This document shows positions 16,966-33,571 of a stretch of DNA of 64,000 bases, in pieces. Below the pieces are notes generated by a model, which had not been told where the DNA came from, searched no databases, and worked only from the letters and a program-made list of their open reading frames with translations. Location: assembly GCF_009914755.1 (NCBI RefSeq), contig NC_060927.1. One strand, 5' to 3'. This DNA is from the human T2T-CHM13v2.0 reference genome, Homo sapiens. How positions within the stretch are numbered: the first letter of the stretch is position 1; each line of letters opens with the position of its first letter. A program made the position numbers and the translations under genes.

Positions 16966-17289
16966 TCAAGTCTGCTTTTAGCTTCCCTATCTTAGTACAC
17001 CTAAAAGGGAAAGGAATGTGCTTATTAAGGCCCACTGTTTCACTGAGACCCACTGTATAGGTGTGAAGTTTGGTGATTACCCAGGAGATTTTCCCCAGCT
17101 CCTTCTGTGTGGGAGCTGTCTTATCTGTGTTTTACTGTTTGCTCTTTCAGGCTGCTTGTTGTTAGAAGAGAAGTGACTTTTTGAACTGCATGAGATTAGA
17201 AAGGGAGTTATGTCTGAGCTGTTTTTTGTTAAAAGGAAAGTTTTCTGCCAGGGACTCACCTAAATAATTTCTCTCTGCCTCCTATAACA
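16965..17289 (-). mobile_element. 3' LTR, truncated (lacks ~435 bp of its 3' part)
   Basis: Aligns to 27721-28067; the part matching 27286-27720 is absent. Confidence 0.9.
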
Positions 17290-20031
17290 TATTTCCCCCC
17301 TCTGAAATGGAATCCCTAACTGCCGTTAGGGGGAATTGGGTGATGACTTCTTCTGGCTACTTCCTGCTGGAGAGGGGCATTGTGTGGGGAACAGCAGCTA
17401 GGGCTCCTCCTGGGGTTGATTTAAGGGTTCCTGGTAGAAGGGAGGTTTCATTTTCAGCTTTATTTAAAGCACCATTTGAAGCTTGGTGGTTTCTAGGTGA
17501 GAAGAGATAAAGTTTACAAGGGGGCTTAGAATATAGGGTTCAACTGTGAGTATTAAGACTGCCATTATTAATGGGGGCACAATAGGCCATAACCATGACT
17601 ACTGAGTTTGTTTGATGCCTGCAAGCCATTTAAATGGGTTGTGCTATTGTAAGTGGGTGTATGGGGCTTGGCTTTGTTTAGCTTCCTTGGTCTCACCTTC
17701 CCTGAAAAAAAGGAAACCTTGGGGTTATAGGTTACCTGTCAGTATTTGTAGGATAATTGCCCAGAACTAGAACATGTTTCCAGATTTTTACATTACCCGT
17801 GCTTTTTTGTTTCCTTTGAGCTGCAGCCAGAGATTGACAGAAATAAACAGGGTTAGTTTAAAATGTAGGCAAGAACTTAAAAACAATTAATGAGACTACA
17901 AGCCAATGACAGATGTATAAGTTTTAAAACATAATTTTTCTCTCTTTAGTCCTCATTTTTGTTAAAAACAACTTATGGTAGGACTGAGCTGTTTGCAAAA
18001 CAGACTTTAGTTTTAAACTTGGTCTGATTATTTGCATAAAGTCCAGCAAGAATAACCATCTTTTAGATCAGCTTTGATGGAAACTTTTTCCATAAGGAAT
18101 CTCAGATAGGACCTTTTAAAGCCAAGCCCAGGAATGGGTTGAAACCTTTAAATACATGCGAATTGGGTAAACTTCTTTCTTCTTGAGGTTCCAGGTGCAT
18201 GGGGTTTCTAGGCCTGTTAGAAAGTGACATTCTTTACTCACCGCAGGCTAGGAGCCCTGTACTGAGAAGCTGTAGTCTAGGTATGAGGCCAGTTTCCTAA
18301 GGTGCTTTTTATTGGCTTTACAAGTCAAGCCTGACTCCTTAAAGGGGAACACACCCTTCCAGTCAAAGCCTTGGTAAAACAACCAGTTTTTCCAATTGTG
18401 TCCTGTTGCAAAAGAAAATGGATTCTTGTTGCATTGATGCAAACTATATTGTTGTAATTTAAGAATACTTATAACTAGTTTTCAAATTCTAGAGGAACTA
18501 GGCAGAGAGAAACAAACACGCTTCAAATCCTATTTACAGGAGTATACTTTACTTAGTTGTTAAAGGCTGTAGCTAGCTCAAGACAAGTTTCCTTGACTCT
18601 GAAAAATAAAATAAGGATTAGCGGTGTTCCAAGCAAAAGCCAAAAACTTGCTTCTGTTTTCCATTAGTTCAGTCCATTCTATTAACTTTTGTTTTGCTTG
18701 ATATTTATAAACATTTCAGCTTTTCATGAGTTCTGTATTTTTGTTGTTGTTGTTATGAGAAACCCACATTTGAGAGCACTTGTTCAAGTCCCACAGCTTG
18801 ATTATAAAACATCTTTTGAAGAGAATTAAAACAAAACAACAATTATCTGTAAATGACAAAATGTCCAGTTTGGATACTGTCAGAAACACAATTGACAAAG
18901 AAACTTGGTTATTTTTATGATTTACAATAACCCAGCATAACAACCTTAATTGTGATTGATTGCACATATTCAGACACTAGAACCCTAGACATCCCATACA
19001 GTTGTGGAAAACATGTTAATATTATTCCCTAAAATATAACCTATTAGACATAATTTTGTCAATTCCATGTACCTAAACATGTTAAATAATCCCGTTTACC
19101 TCTCTTCTGGATGCTCCAGGGGCCCTCTGCAACACCCCAAAGCCAAAGTTTAGGAAAGACAAACTTCAGACTAAAGTTTGATTTTGGGAAGCCTGTTAAA
19201 TATGTTCAAAATTCAAAACACTCGATATTATGAAATAGAATTTTAGATTACCATAAGTTTTTTTATTTGTTTTGTTTTGCCAAAATAAGTCAAAAATTTG
19301 AAAAAGCAAAAACCATTCATCAGCCTTTTCTATTACATGAAAATCCTGTTCAAGAGAGAAGGTTAAATTTTACCCTTGCATTAGTATGCTATTAATGTTA
19401 ACACTAATTTTTAATGAATCCTTACAGATAATCCTATTTAATTTTAACCAGTTTGACCATGAAGTGAGATTTTCACAGACCTGTTGACAAGTTTTCACAA
19501 CCCTTGACAAGTTTTGGTAAAGAGTAGATTAGCATTGTAAGAAAATCTTGTCGTGCTTTTGTTTTGTGTTTAATTTACAGGAAAAAAAAACATATAATAC
19601 CCTTTTGAATTTAGTTAATATGGTCACACACAGAGTTTCCTTTGCAGGACTAATTTTTACAATCTCCTCACAACTTGCTTAAACCATCCACTTTATTTTA
19701 TTTAATTGTAAGACAATTCTTTATTCCTAAGCAAAATGTATATTTTCATGCTATCGTATAATTTTTAACTAAAAACATATTTTACTGTTTTTATATGTCT
19801 TGCATGCAAATCCATGTTCAGTGGTTTTAATTACAAGTCATAATGGTAATGCTTAGCAATTTTTAACTTTAATGTAAAACCTGCTACGTTTTTTAAATCA
19901 TGCGCTGGATGCAGATGAAGTTTGACTCCTTCTAGCATAGTTAGGGACATGGCTACTTCAACATGTTCTTGGCCTTACCAGTTGTGAAGCAGGCAAGTTG
20001 AAAGTTCTTAAAGGCTAAGGAAGCAGTTTAC

Positions 20032-20443
<412 letters not shown>

Positions 20444-21263
20444 CTAAGACCGCTTTTATTTTTAAAGATTAAAGTCATGTGATCTGAAAGGTACCACAGC
20501 TTTTACTTTTCCTTTAAAAATATTTGATTTAAGTGCTTATTTTTCTTAGGCCAATTAATTAGAGCTCTTTTTAATAGACATTGCACACATAACACATATA
20601 TAACCACACAGACAAACAGAATAAGATCCAGTAGTTATAAAACTTACATTTGCCAATTTCCCAATTAGATTATTGGCCTCTGGGTGAGGCCCTATAAGAA
20701 CAGGGCTAGGAGTACAATTTCCAGGGCCTAATAAACAAGCATAGCCAGAAGACAAGGACAGATTTGGAGAGGTACTTACTCACCTCTAATTCCAGGGGTT
20801 CCATAAGGAAAACAGAGATTTTTCCCAGAATGGAATTTGTGGCACCTTTTCTGATGTCCCAAGGCAGCCCAGGCCACCAGAAGTCATTCTAGGGGCTTTC
20901 ATGCATGCCAACAAGAGTGGCAAGACAGAGTGGAGAAAAGTAATTCAGTCGAGTGAGAAAAAAAACCTTTTCCAGGAAAACTAGATTTATGAAGAGAAAA
21001 ACATGAAGGCCTTTTGGATGTACTTATAGCTTGGATATCCATTTTTAATTAAGCTGAGTGCTCTTTAAGAAAATCCTTTTTCACGAATTAACACTTTGCA
21101 GATAAGATAAGCAGTAATTCTTACCATTTGTTTTTCCAGTTTGCACCACTACCTGTTCACAATTATGTTCAGGTTCTCCAGTTTTCTCTGGGAGAAAGTG
21201 ACTGGGCTCAGGCAAGGGTGGGTTTTTAACTGGCCTGCAGATCCCTTTAGCAGCAAAGCTTGA

Positions 21264-21685
<422 letters not shown>

Positions 21686-21846
21686 ACAGCTAAGTTATTT
21701 CCCATGGTTAACCCAGAGGTTTCTGGCACCAGCAAAGCCACCACTGTAACTGCTTGGAGGCAGGCTGACTATTCTTAAGCCACCAAGTTAAGATCCTTGC
21801 TTAAGTAACCCACTGGCTGTTGAGCTGGACCTCAAGCCCTAGTTAA

Positions 21847-22216
<370 letters not shown>

Positions 22217-22515
22217 AGAACTGTTGCTTTAAGTAAGGCTTGCTTTAGCTAGTTTAAGGCTTTTGTGTTTTTAGGTTCCTAAAGGGGGTTGAGTTTTAAC
22301 TGTCTGAGTTTCTTTTATGAGGTGGTATAAAGGATGAGCTACTTTCCTGTGCCCAGGTACTTACAGTCTACAAAATCCAATAATGCCTAAGAATTTTCTT
22401 AACTGTTAAAGGAAATGGGCTTAATCCTTTCCTCACCAGGTGCTCTGCTCCCTTTTGATAAGACCAGAACTAGGTACTTTGCTGAATTCTGAGAGAGCTG
22501 AGCTTTAGATTTTGA

Positions 22516-22843
<328 letters not shown>

Positions 22844-23521
22844 AACCCTATACTTCTTTTAGCTAAGAAATTGAGGAGAGTCTAAGTGCCTTCCTGAGAC
22901 TTTCTTGATTGGGGCACAGAGGAAAGTGTCATTTACACACTGCAAGACCCTGACCTGAGGATGGGAGAACTTAGAAAGGTCCTTTGACAGTGCTTGTCCA
23001 AACAAGTGAGGGCTGTTTTGAAATCCCTCAGGCAGCACCATCCATGTTAACTGGGCGGTCTGACTGGGGGGAATCCTCAAAGGCAAACAGGTATTGAGAG
23101 TCAGGATGTAACAGTATGCAGAAAAAGGCATCCTTTAAATTTAGGACTATAAACCATTTAGTTTCCTGCGGTATCTGTGTCAGCAAGGTGCAGGGATTAG
23201 GGACCACTGGATGAATTGGGACTATGGCCTCATTCATGAGACGAAGGTCCTGAACTAGGCTCCATTCCCCATTGGGCTTTTGCACTCCTAGTATCGGAGT
23301 GTTGCAAGGACTGCTGCAGGGTCTGAGGAGGCCCTGCATTTTCAGGTTATTAATAATAGCTTCTAGCCCTTTCCTGGCTTCTGGCCTTAGGGGATATTGT
23401 CTCAGGTTAGGAAAAGAAGGTGCATTTGAACTGGCCTAGCAGTTTTAGCTCAACCCACTCTTTCTTGAGTTGCCCACACTTTTAGATTAATATTGGCTTC
23501 CACTAAGAGAAGACAAAGAGT

Positions 23522-23868
23522 TTATCCTGGGGCCATGAGGATGTAGACCCCCATGTGGGCTGAAATGTCTCTATCTAATGAACGAGTGGGAAGGTCAGGC
23601 ATAATCAAGAAGGTATGTGTAGATAATAAGTACCCACAACTACAGCTAAGGGGTTGAGAGAAATGTCGGATTAGAGTCTTTGCTGAGATACCCACCACGG
23701 TTGTGCTATGGGAAGAGGGGAGGCCTGGATTGGAGAGGACAGAGAGACTAGCTTCAGTATCCAGGAGGAGGCCCACCCTCCTCCCTTCAATTTCCAGAAT
23801 CACCCAGGGCTGCTGAGCATGATGGCAGCCTGAGCCGCTGGAGCCGGGGGTTTGGGCCCCAGAATCCA
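23522..23868 (-). pseudogene. ERV protease remnant
   Basis: PWVILEIEGRRVGLLLDTEASLSVL (DTG decayed to DTE), just after the gag stop. Confidence 0.88.
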
Positions 23869-25029
23869 TCAGTCCTGCTGGATCCTCTGTGAGACTGGTT
23901 CTGGACCAGGTGACTTCTGTCCCCAGGGGCAGTCTGATCTCCAGTGATCTCCACCACATGCTGGACAGCATTGAGGTGGCTTTTTCTTGTTGCCTAGGCA
24001 ATTCTTAAAGTGCACTAGCTTGCCACACTGATAGTGATGAGTGGATGCTCCCTGGGGATGCTGAATTCTGCAAGGCTGCAAAGCGGCCACTAGAGCCTTA
24101 GTCTTTCTCTTGTGCTTCTCTTTTTCTCCTGGGCCTCCTCCCGGTCCCTATTGTAAAAGACCGAAGTGTCCAACTTCAGGAGGTCTTCCAAGGTACTACC
24201 CGGTCCTATGGCCTGTTTCTGTAGCTTCCTTCTAATATCTGGAGCTGCCTGCTTTTCAGCTGCAGTGTGGGTTTGGCTTAGAAGCAGCATAACGTCCCTG
24301 CATGTGAGGTAAAGCACTTGAGTTACATTTTGGAAGGCCTCAATATACCTATCAGGGTCATCAGAAAACCAGCCCAAGTCTCCCTTTATTTGCCTAGGGT
24401 TCTGTAATGAGGAGGGAACAGGTACCCTAGTGATGCCCCTTCCATCTGGCATTTTTTTGTAGGGGTAGGAGTGAAGCTGGGGCAGTGGGGAGCTTTGCAG
24501 ATGGTGGAGCTGGAGGAGCTGATGGCACAGTTGGAGGGGGCCCAGATAAGGAAAACTAGAAGGACTGGGACACTTAGAAGCCGCCTCCAATGGCTCCTCC
24601 AAAACTTGCTTTTCTAACTTAGCGGAACTACTCTCCACAGACACCTGCCTGATATGATTGCCAAGAGGGCTGAGTCAATTGTGCAATACTCGCAAAGGTC
24701 TGGATTGTCCCGCAGGGCAAAGAAAGCCTGTACATAGGGGACCTTGGGCCATTTGCTCTCCCATCTACAGAAAAGATCTAATTGTTGGATAAGATTAAAA
24801 TCAAGGCTCCCTTCAGCTGGCCAGGTCTGTTCATTCCTGAGATGGTAAGAAGGCCACACCATTGTGGAAAAAAAAAAAAAAAGCTATTCTTAATAATAGC
24901 TTCTAGCACTTTCCTGGCTTCTTCTAGGCCTTTCCTGACTTTTTCTTCAAAGTTTCAGGGTCAAAGGAGTCCCAGTATTTCAGAATGCATGCCAGAGGAG
25001 TGCAGGCCAAAGATGGCTTGTTACCCATC
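23869..25029 (-). pseudogene. ERV gag remnant
   Basis: MGNKPS...[21 protein letters not shown]; [19 protein letters not shown]; FSDDPDRYIEAFQ; two NC knuckles (YQCGKLVHFKNC, CPACGGDHWRSDC); ends QQD-stop. Confidence 0.92.
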
Positions 25030-25521
25030 TTAAAAAAGAGACAAGAATCAAGGTGTTCCTCAGTCTCCTGGTTCTTTTCGATGTGACCCAGGGTGGAGGG
25101 GACACAGTGTGAGCATCCTCCTGACTGTTCTCCCTCCCTACTCCCTGGGTCCTGGCACCATAATTGGTACCCCATGGTTGCAGGCGTGACCCCCAAATGT
25201 GGTACCAGAGGACCTAATCAATGGGGCTAGTCATGTTTACCCCAAGTGAGCTCAGTCCTCTGCCTAATAATTGGGTAACTACCCTCTGACCTTCTAGACC
25301 TGTGTGACCTGTGTGGCTCCTTGATGGATGGGTCTCGGGAGAGATTATGTAACAGTTGCTTTGAGCAAGGCCCCTTAATGGAGGGAGTGCACTGGGACTC
25401 CCTGTGCTTTGTACTCAGTGCACTGGGACTGAGCTTTGTACTCTGCTACTACTGCCCGGACTAGAGAAATTATTCTTAGGTGGTGGTTCCAGTCAACTTC
25501 CCGACATAAAATCCCCTTTCT

Positions 25522-25845
<324 letters not shown>

Positions 25846-25986
25846 TTAGATGCCATTATAGTTTTAGGTAAAATAGGTGTCTTAAGAGAACATAAGGGTC
25901 ATATGGTGGCCTTCCTGCTAATAGAGTATTGAGACTAAAATTCGGATTTGGAGGATATGTTCCTCCTCACTGCTGAAAGCAGAGTT

Positions 25987-26263
25987 CTCCCGCTCGCAGA
26001 GGGGGCATAAGGTTTGGTCTCTTCCGCTCGCAGAGGGGGCATAAGTTTTGGTCTCTATTAGAGGGGGCATAAGGTTTGGTCTCTCCCGCTCACAGAGGGG
26101 GCATAAGGTTTGGTCTCTCCCGCTCGCAGAGGGGGCATAAGGTTTGGTCTCTCCCGCTCGCAGAGGGGGCATAAGGTTTGGTCTCTATTAGAGGGGGCAT
26201 AAGGTTTGGTCTCTACCACTCGCAGAGGGGGCATAAGGTTTGGTCTCTATTAGAGGGGCATAA
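25987..26263. repeat. Compound minisatellite (25-bp core plus 9-bp or 3-bp linkers; 34/28-bp units)
   Basis: Eight full copies and one partial copy of AGAGGGGGCATAAGGTTTGGTCTCT. Confidence 0.97.
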
Positions 26264-27264
26264 AAGGGAGAAGAACTGGAAAGCTAGAGGCTTTTGGCAA
26301 ACGGCAGGCAAGTTTCCCCCTGGAGAGGATTCCCATTCTACTAGGTGATGCTAGTGGAACACCAGGCAGTAACTTTGCCTCTGTATGCTCTTTAAACAAA
26401 GGACAGAGAGAGAAGTTTGACCTGTGGCAAGCTGTCCCCACAGCATACCTCCTAGCAGGAGAAAGTTAATTCGCGTCCTAGAGGGACTATCCAGTCCGAC
26501 TGGGCAGTGCTGGCTCCTCATATGGGAAAAGAAATAGCCTAGGTGGACAGAGGGGCTTTTACTGGGGGGAAAGTAACCTCCCACCCAACCCCAGGAAGTG
26601 CTATGGTTAGGAGTTAAAGAGTCTGAGATCTGGATCATGAAATCCTCCTGTCTGTAAAGAGTCACAAAAACATCAATCCTTTGACCTGCATTCCTGGTTG
26701 CTAAGGTGGTTGCTAAGCCTGCCTAATTGAATTATTTCCCTGGGCTGTAAAAACTCCCGCAGCATTGCATAGAGAGAGAGGATGGGAGGTATGGTGACTG
26801 CCGGAAAGGAAAGGAGAAAAATAAAATTTGCGATAGGAAAGCCTGGAGATCCTGTGGCTGACACCCAGTCGGGCGGACGGAGCCTGGGATCAGTCCAGGA
26901 ACCTTTTGAATAACACCAGGGTGTGGCCCTGGCCAGAAATTCTCAGTTGCTCCAAGACCTATTCCAGCACCACAGCCAGGCTGTCCGTGAAAACAAAACA
27001 AAACAAACAAACAAACAAAAGTTTGGACACAGCCAACATTCCCAGCACTCTGAGGGCACCGGGGGATTGACTAGGTCCTCCCCAGCAAGCCTCACATGAG
27101 TCTTTAAGACCGGCGGCAGGCTCTCGTGGTTCCTTAATCGGCCATCAGATGCCCAGTGTTTTCGATAGTTCTTTGAGAGAATAAAAAACTGAGGCTGAGA
27201 AGCCTCGGAAGTGAAAGGACAGAGTCCGCTCCCCTACTCACCCTTCCGATGAATTCACCTTCAA

Positions 27265-27282
27265 ATCCCAGATGGGCCCCCA
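27265..27282 (-). promoter_or_regulatory. Primer-binding site, tRNA-Pro
   Basis: TGGGGGCCCATCTGGGAT matches the Pro PBS TGGGGGCTCGTCCGGGAT at 15/18 and lies 3 nt downstream of the 5' LTR. Confidence 0.85.
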
Positions 27283-27285
27283 AAA

Positions 27286-28067
27286 TGAAGCACCCTCATT
27301 GTCTGGGGGGTAAATACCAAGGCTCTTGGTCTTACAGCCAAGGAGATTGAGGTCACAGACACACACACAGACAGAGTTTGGAGCAGGAGTTTCATAGATA
27401 AAAGGAAAGAACAGCTCTCTGTTACAGAGAGGGGTCCTGAGCGGGTTGCCAAGGTATAGCAAAAATGTCAGGGTTTTTATAAATGCCCTAGTGAGGAGGG
27501 GGCTCATGAGGAGGGGATGTCTTATCCTCCCAGGGCCTGACGGTTCAGTTGGGACCAGATGTGCTATCTGTATCAACCAGAGGTTTTATCAGCTCTCATC
27601 CCATTTCTGGGCCACATAGGCTGACTTTTAGTCTGTGTTTCTTTGTCTTGCCTAATCTATCTGGAAGGGAGAGTTTCTGTGTCTGTTCCCATACGTCTTC
27701 TTGCAGCTGCAGGCATACCCCTCAAGTCTGCTTTTAGCTTCCCTATCTTAGTACACTTAAAGGGAAAGGAATGTGCTTATTAATGCCCACTGTTTCACTG
27801 GGGCCCACTGTATAGGTGTGAAGCTTGGTGATTACCCAGGAGACATGCCCCCACCGCCCCGCCCCTTCTGTGTCCGAGCTGCCTTACCTGAGTTTTACTG
27901 TCTGCTCTTTCAGGCCGCCTGCTTTTAGAAGAGAAGTGACTTCCTTGAACTGCATGAAGTTAGAAAGGGAGCTATCTTTGAGCTGCTTTTTGTTAAAAGG
28001 AAAGTTTTCTGCTGGGGACTCTCTTTACCCTGTCTACCTAAATAATTTCTTTCTGCCTCCTATAACA
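27286..28067 (-). mobile_element. 5' LTR (~780 bp, LTR25-like)
   Basis: TG...CA termini (minus: tgttataggagg...gggtgcttca); TATA-like tttataaaa at ~27475-27483. Confidence 0.88.
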
Positions 28068-28259
28068 ACTTGGGCCTGGCTGTGGCTCCTGGAGATATGG
28101 GTTTTAGGGGAGTCATGAAACCCCTCCCAGCCTCCTCTATTCCTCTGTCAGTTTGGAGAATATCTTCACTGCCTCCTTCACAGGTTGTTGGCACAAGAAA
28201 ATGAAATGGTATGCATTAAAACACCTGTAAAGCAATAACGATGCATATTATAATATTAC

Positions 28260-28530
28260 AATCTAGATACAATCTAGATTAATAATATAATCTAGATACA
28301 ATCTAGATTAATAATATAATCTAGATACAATCTAGATTAATAATATAATCTAGATACAATCTAGATTAATAATATAATCTAGATACAATCTAGATTAATA
28401 ATATAATCTAGATACAATCTAGATTAATAATATAATCTAGATACAATCTAGATTAATAATATAATCTAGATACAATCTAGATTAATAATATAATCTAGAT
28501 ACAATCTAGATTAATAATATAATCTAGATA
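28260..28530. repeat. Perfect 29-bp AT-rich palindromic tandem repeat
   Basis: (AATCTAGATACAATCTAGATTAATAATAT) x9 plus a partial copy. Confidence 0.98.
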
Positions 28531-28734
28531 CATATTATAATATTTTTATTTGTATTGTTTATAAAATGTCTCATAGGTGAAATTAGTCAAGTGGAAAATA
28601 TTGGCACAATTTTCTAACAAAATAGGGAATTTGGGAGGTTGAAATTTCATGAAGGGCATACAGATAATCCAATCAAATCTGCAGCTGCGGAATAGAAATA
28701 TTCAGAAGACTAAAACTAAAGAGCCAGATCTTGG

Positions 28735-28906
28735 GGCCAGGTGTGGTGGCTCCTACCTGTAATCCCAGTGTTTTGAGAGGCCAAGGTGGGAGTATCACTT
28801 GTGCTCAGTTGTTTGAGGCTGCAGTGAGCTGTGACCGTGCCACTGCACTCCAGCCTGGGCAACAGAGCAAGACCCTGTCTCAAAAATAAATAAATAAATA
28901 AATAAA
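28735..28906 (+). mobile_element. Monomer-length Alu (FAM/FRAM or internally deleted AluJ)
   Basis: Left-arm start fused to right-arm end; (TAAA)n tail. Confidence 0.8.
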
Positions 28907-28936
28907 TGGATGGATGGGTGGATGGCTCACGGAAAG

Positions 28937-29738
<802 letters not shown>

Positions 29739-29883
29739 AAATGATTTTTTTAAATTCCGTCATGCATTGTTTGAAGAGACATAATTAAAAACAAATTGAA
29801 CCACTAAATGAAAAGGCTGATTTCTGGTTAAACTAATAGTTTAACACATACATCTATTTCTTTTCTAAAATGTCACTAAGTGA

Positions 29884-30305
<422 letters not shown>

Positions 30306-30567
30306 TAGGAGGGGATCCCAAGTAAAAGCAAACCACCTTGCGCTGTATAACAGTCAAGAAGCTTACAGTGGAGAGCCACAGGAGGCGAGAGATGCTGTGA
30401 AGGTCAAAAAGCAGAACATTAGTTGGAAATCCATACATGGACCATTGGTGGACCCTCCATCCCCACCCCCAGTATGGCTGTCACTCAAAGTGTCCATTGG
30501 TTGGGGGGACTAGGGGTGGAGAGGAGCTGCCTGTGTCCAAAGTTAATGCTTTCATGTTGTTCATTTA

Positions 30568-30958
<391 letters not shown>

Positions 30959-31399
30959 TTAGGAAGGGGAACAAACTCCCTTCTCAGAAGCAGTATTTTA
31001 GTTACTGCCCAGTCTTGTAAGTAAAATCCCCTCCCGACCCCAAACCCGAAAATTGAGAAGTGAAACTTCTCAGACATTCGGAAGGATGAAGAAGAGGAAA
31101 AGGTCTCACAAGCAGAGGGCTAGAAAGAGCAAAGTATCATACTGCTGTTTAGCATGGTTTAAATGGATGCAAAAATGGCAGTCAACACTTTAATTTCTTT
31201 GTACCCTAAAGTTTCTATCTCTTTGCTCACAAACTAAGGAGCAACTCAGAGAAAGGAGTCACACTTGATTTTGGTTTGTGACCCAAACACAAAAACTGAA
31301 ACTTGGAGACAGAAAAAGAAAGATAGGAAACCACCAGCTTTACATCAACCCAATCAGACACATCTAAAAGACTCAGTGTGACTCTTTTTTCTGAAAGTG

Positions 31400-31725
<326 letters not shown>

Positions 31726-32049
31726 TTACCCACCTTCTCCTCACTCTTCATATCTTAGTAAAGGACCCTAGAAAATAATCAGTAATATTAGCTTCTATCT
31801 GCAACCCCTCTTGCTATGTCATCAGGCAAATGCCAACCTCTTTGTGACTTGTTTCTCAATAGTAAAATGTACATAATGGTAAGTAAAAGTGCATAATCAT
31901 TAACAGGACAGGCTCTCTAAAGTGAGACAGAGCTGGGCTCAAATCCCAGTGTCCCTCTACTTACAGCTGAATGGTGTTAAGCCATTCATTACTTAATGTC
32001 TCTGAACCTCAATTTCCCCATTATAAAATGGCTTAATAGCAGCATGAGA

Positions 32050-32236
32050 ACTGTCGTGGGTTGGGGGGAGGGGGAAGGATAGCATTAGGAGATATACCTA
32101 ATGCTAAATGACGAGTTAATGGGTACAGCACACCAGCATGGCGCATGTATACATATGTAACTAACCTGCACATTGTGCACATGTACCCTAAAACTTAAAG
32201 TACAATAATAATAAAATAAAATAAAAATAAAATAAA
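32050..32236 (+). mobile_element. Very short young L1PA (L1PA2/3-like) 3' end inserted in a MIR
   Basis: gatatacctaatgctaaatgacgagttaatggg...; 17-bp TSD ataaaatggcttaatag (32023-32039 / 32237-32253). Confidence 0.92.
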
Positions 32237-32318
32237 ATAAAATGGCTTAATAGTATATATGCCATAGAGTCATTGTGGGGATCCAATAAGAGTATGTAAA
32301 TAAATCTTTTTTGCTATA

Positions 32319-33244
<926 letters not shown>

Positions 33245-33506
33245 TGTAAAATAACATTGTAAGTTTCCAGAGATTAGGACCTAGCTATCTTTGGGGCCAT
33301 TATACAGGCTGCAACTTGATACAGGCTGTATAATGACCTCAAAGATATCCAGGTTTTAATCTGGGTGGGTACTCCAGAGGGAAGACTCCCACCCCCACCC
33401 CCAGTGCCCTTCTCTGTTGGAGCTCCACCACCTGCCTGCACGCTCTGGTGTTTGCAAGTAGAGCCCCAGTGGGGCAGGCAAGGCACAGGGGACAGAGCAA
33501 AAGCAG

Positions 33507-33571
33507 CAAAGTATGCTTTAGGGGAGAAAGGGGAAATCTACAAAGTATGCTTTAGGGGAGAAGGGGAAATC
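33507..33571. repeat. 34-bp tandem duplication
   Basis: caaagtatgctttaggggagaa(a)ggggaaatc x2. Confidence 0.9.

Noticed and set aside
25987-26263. CRISPR-like repeat-spacer appearance; a GGTCTC (BsaI) site in every unit
   Set aside because: Linkers are only 3 or 9 nt and recur, there are no cas genes, and the context is a eukaryotic ERV. It is a minisatellite, and nothing else suggests a synthetic construct.
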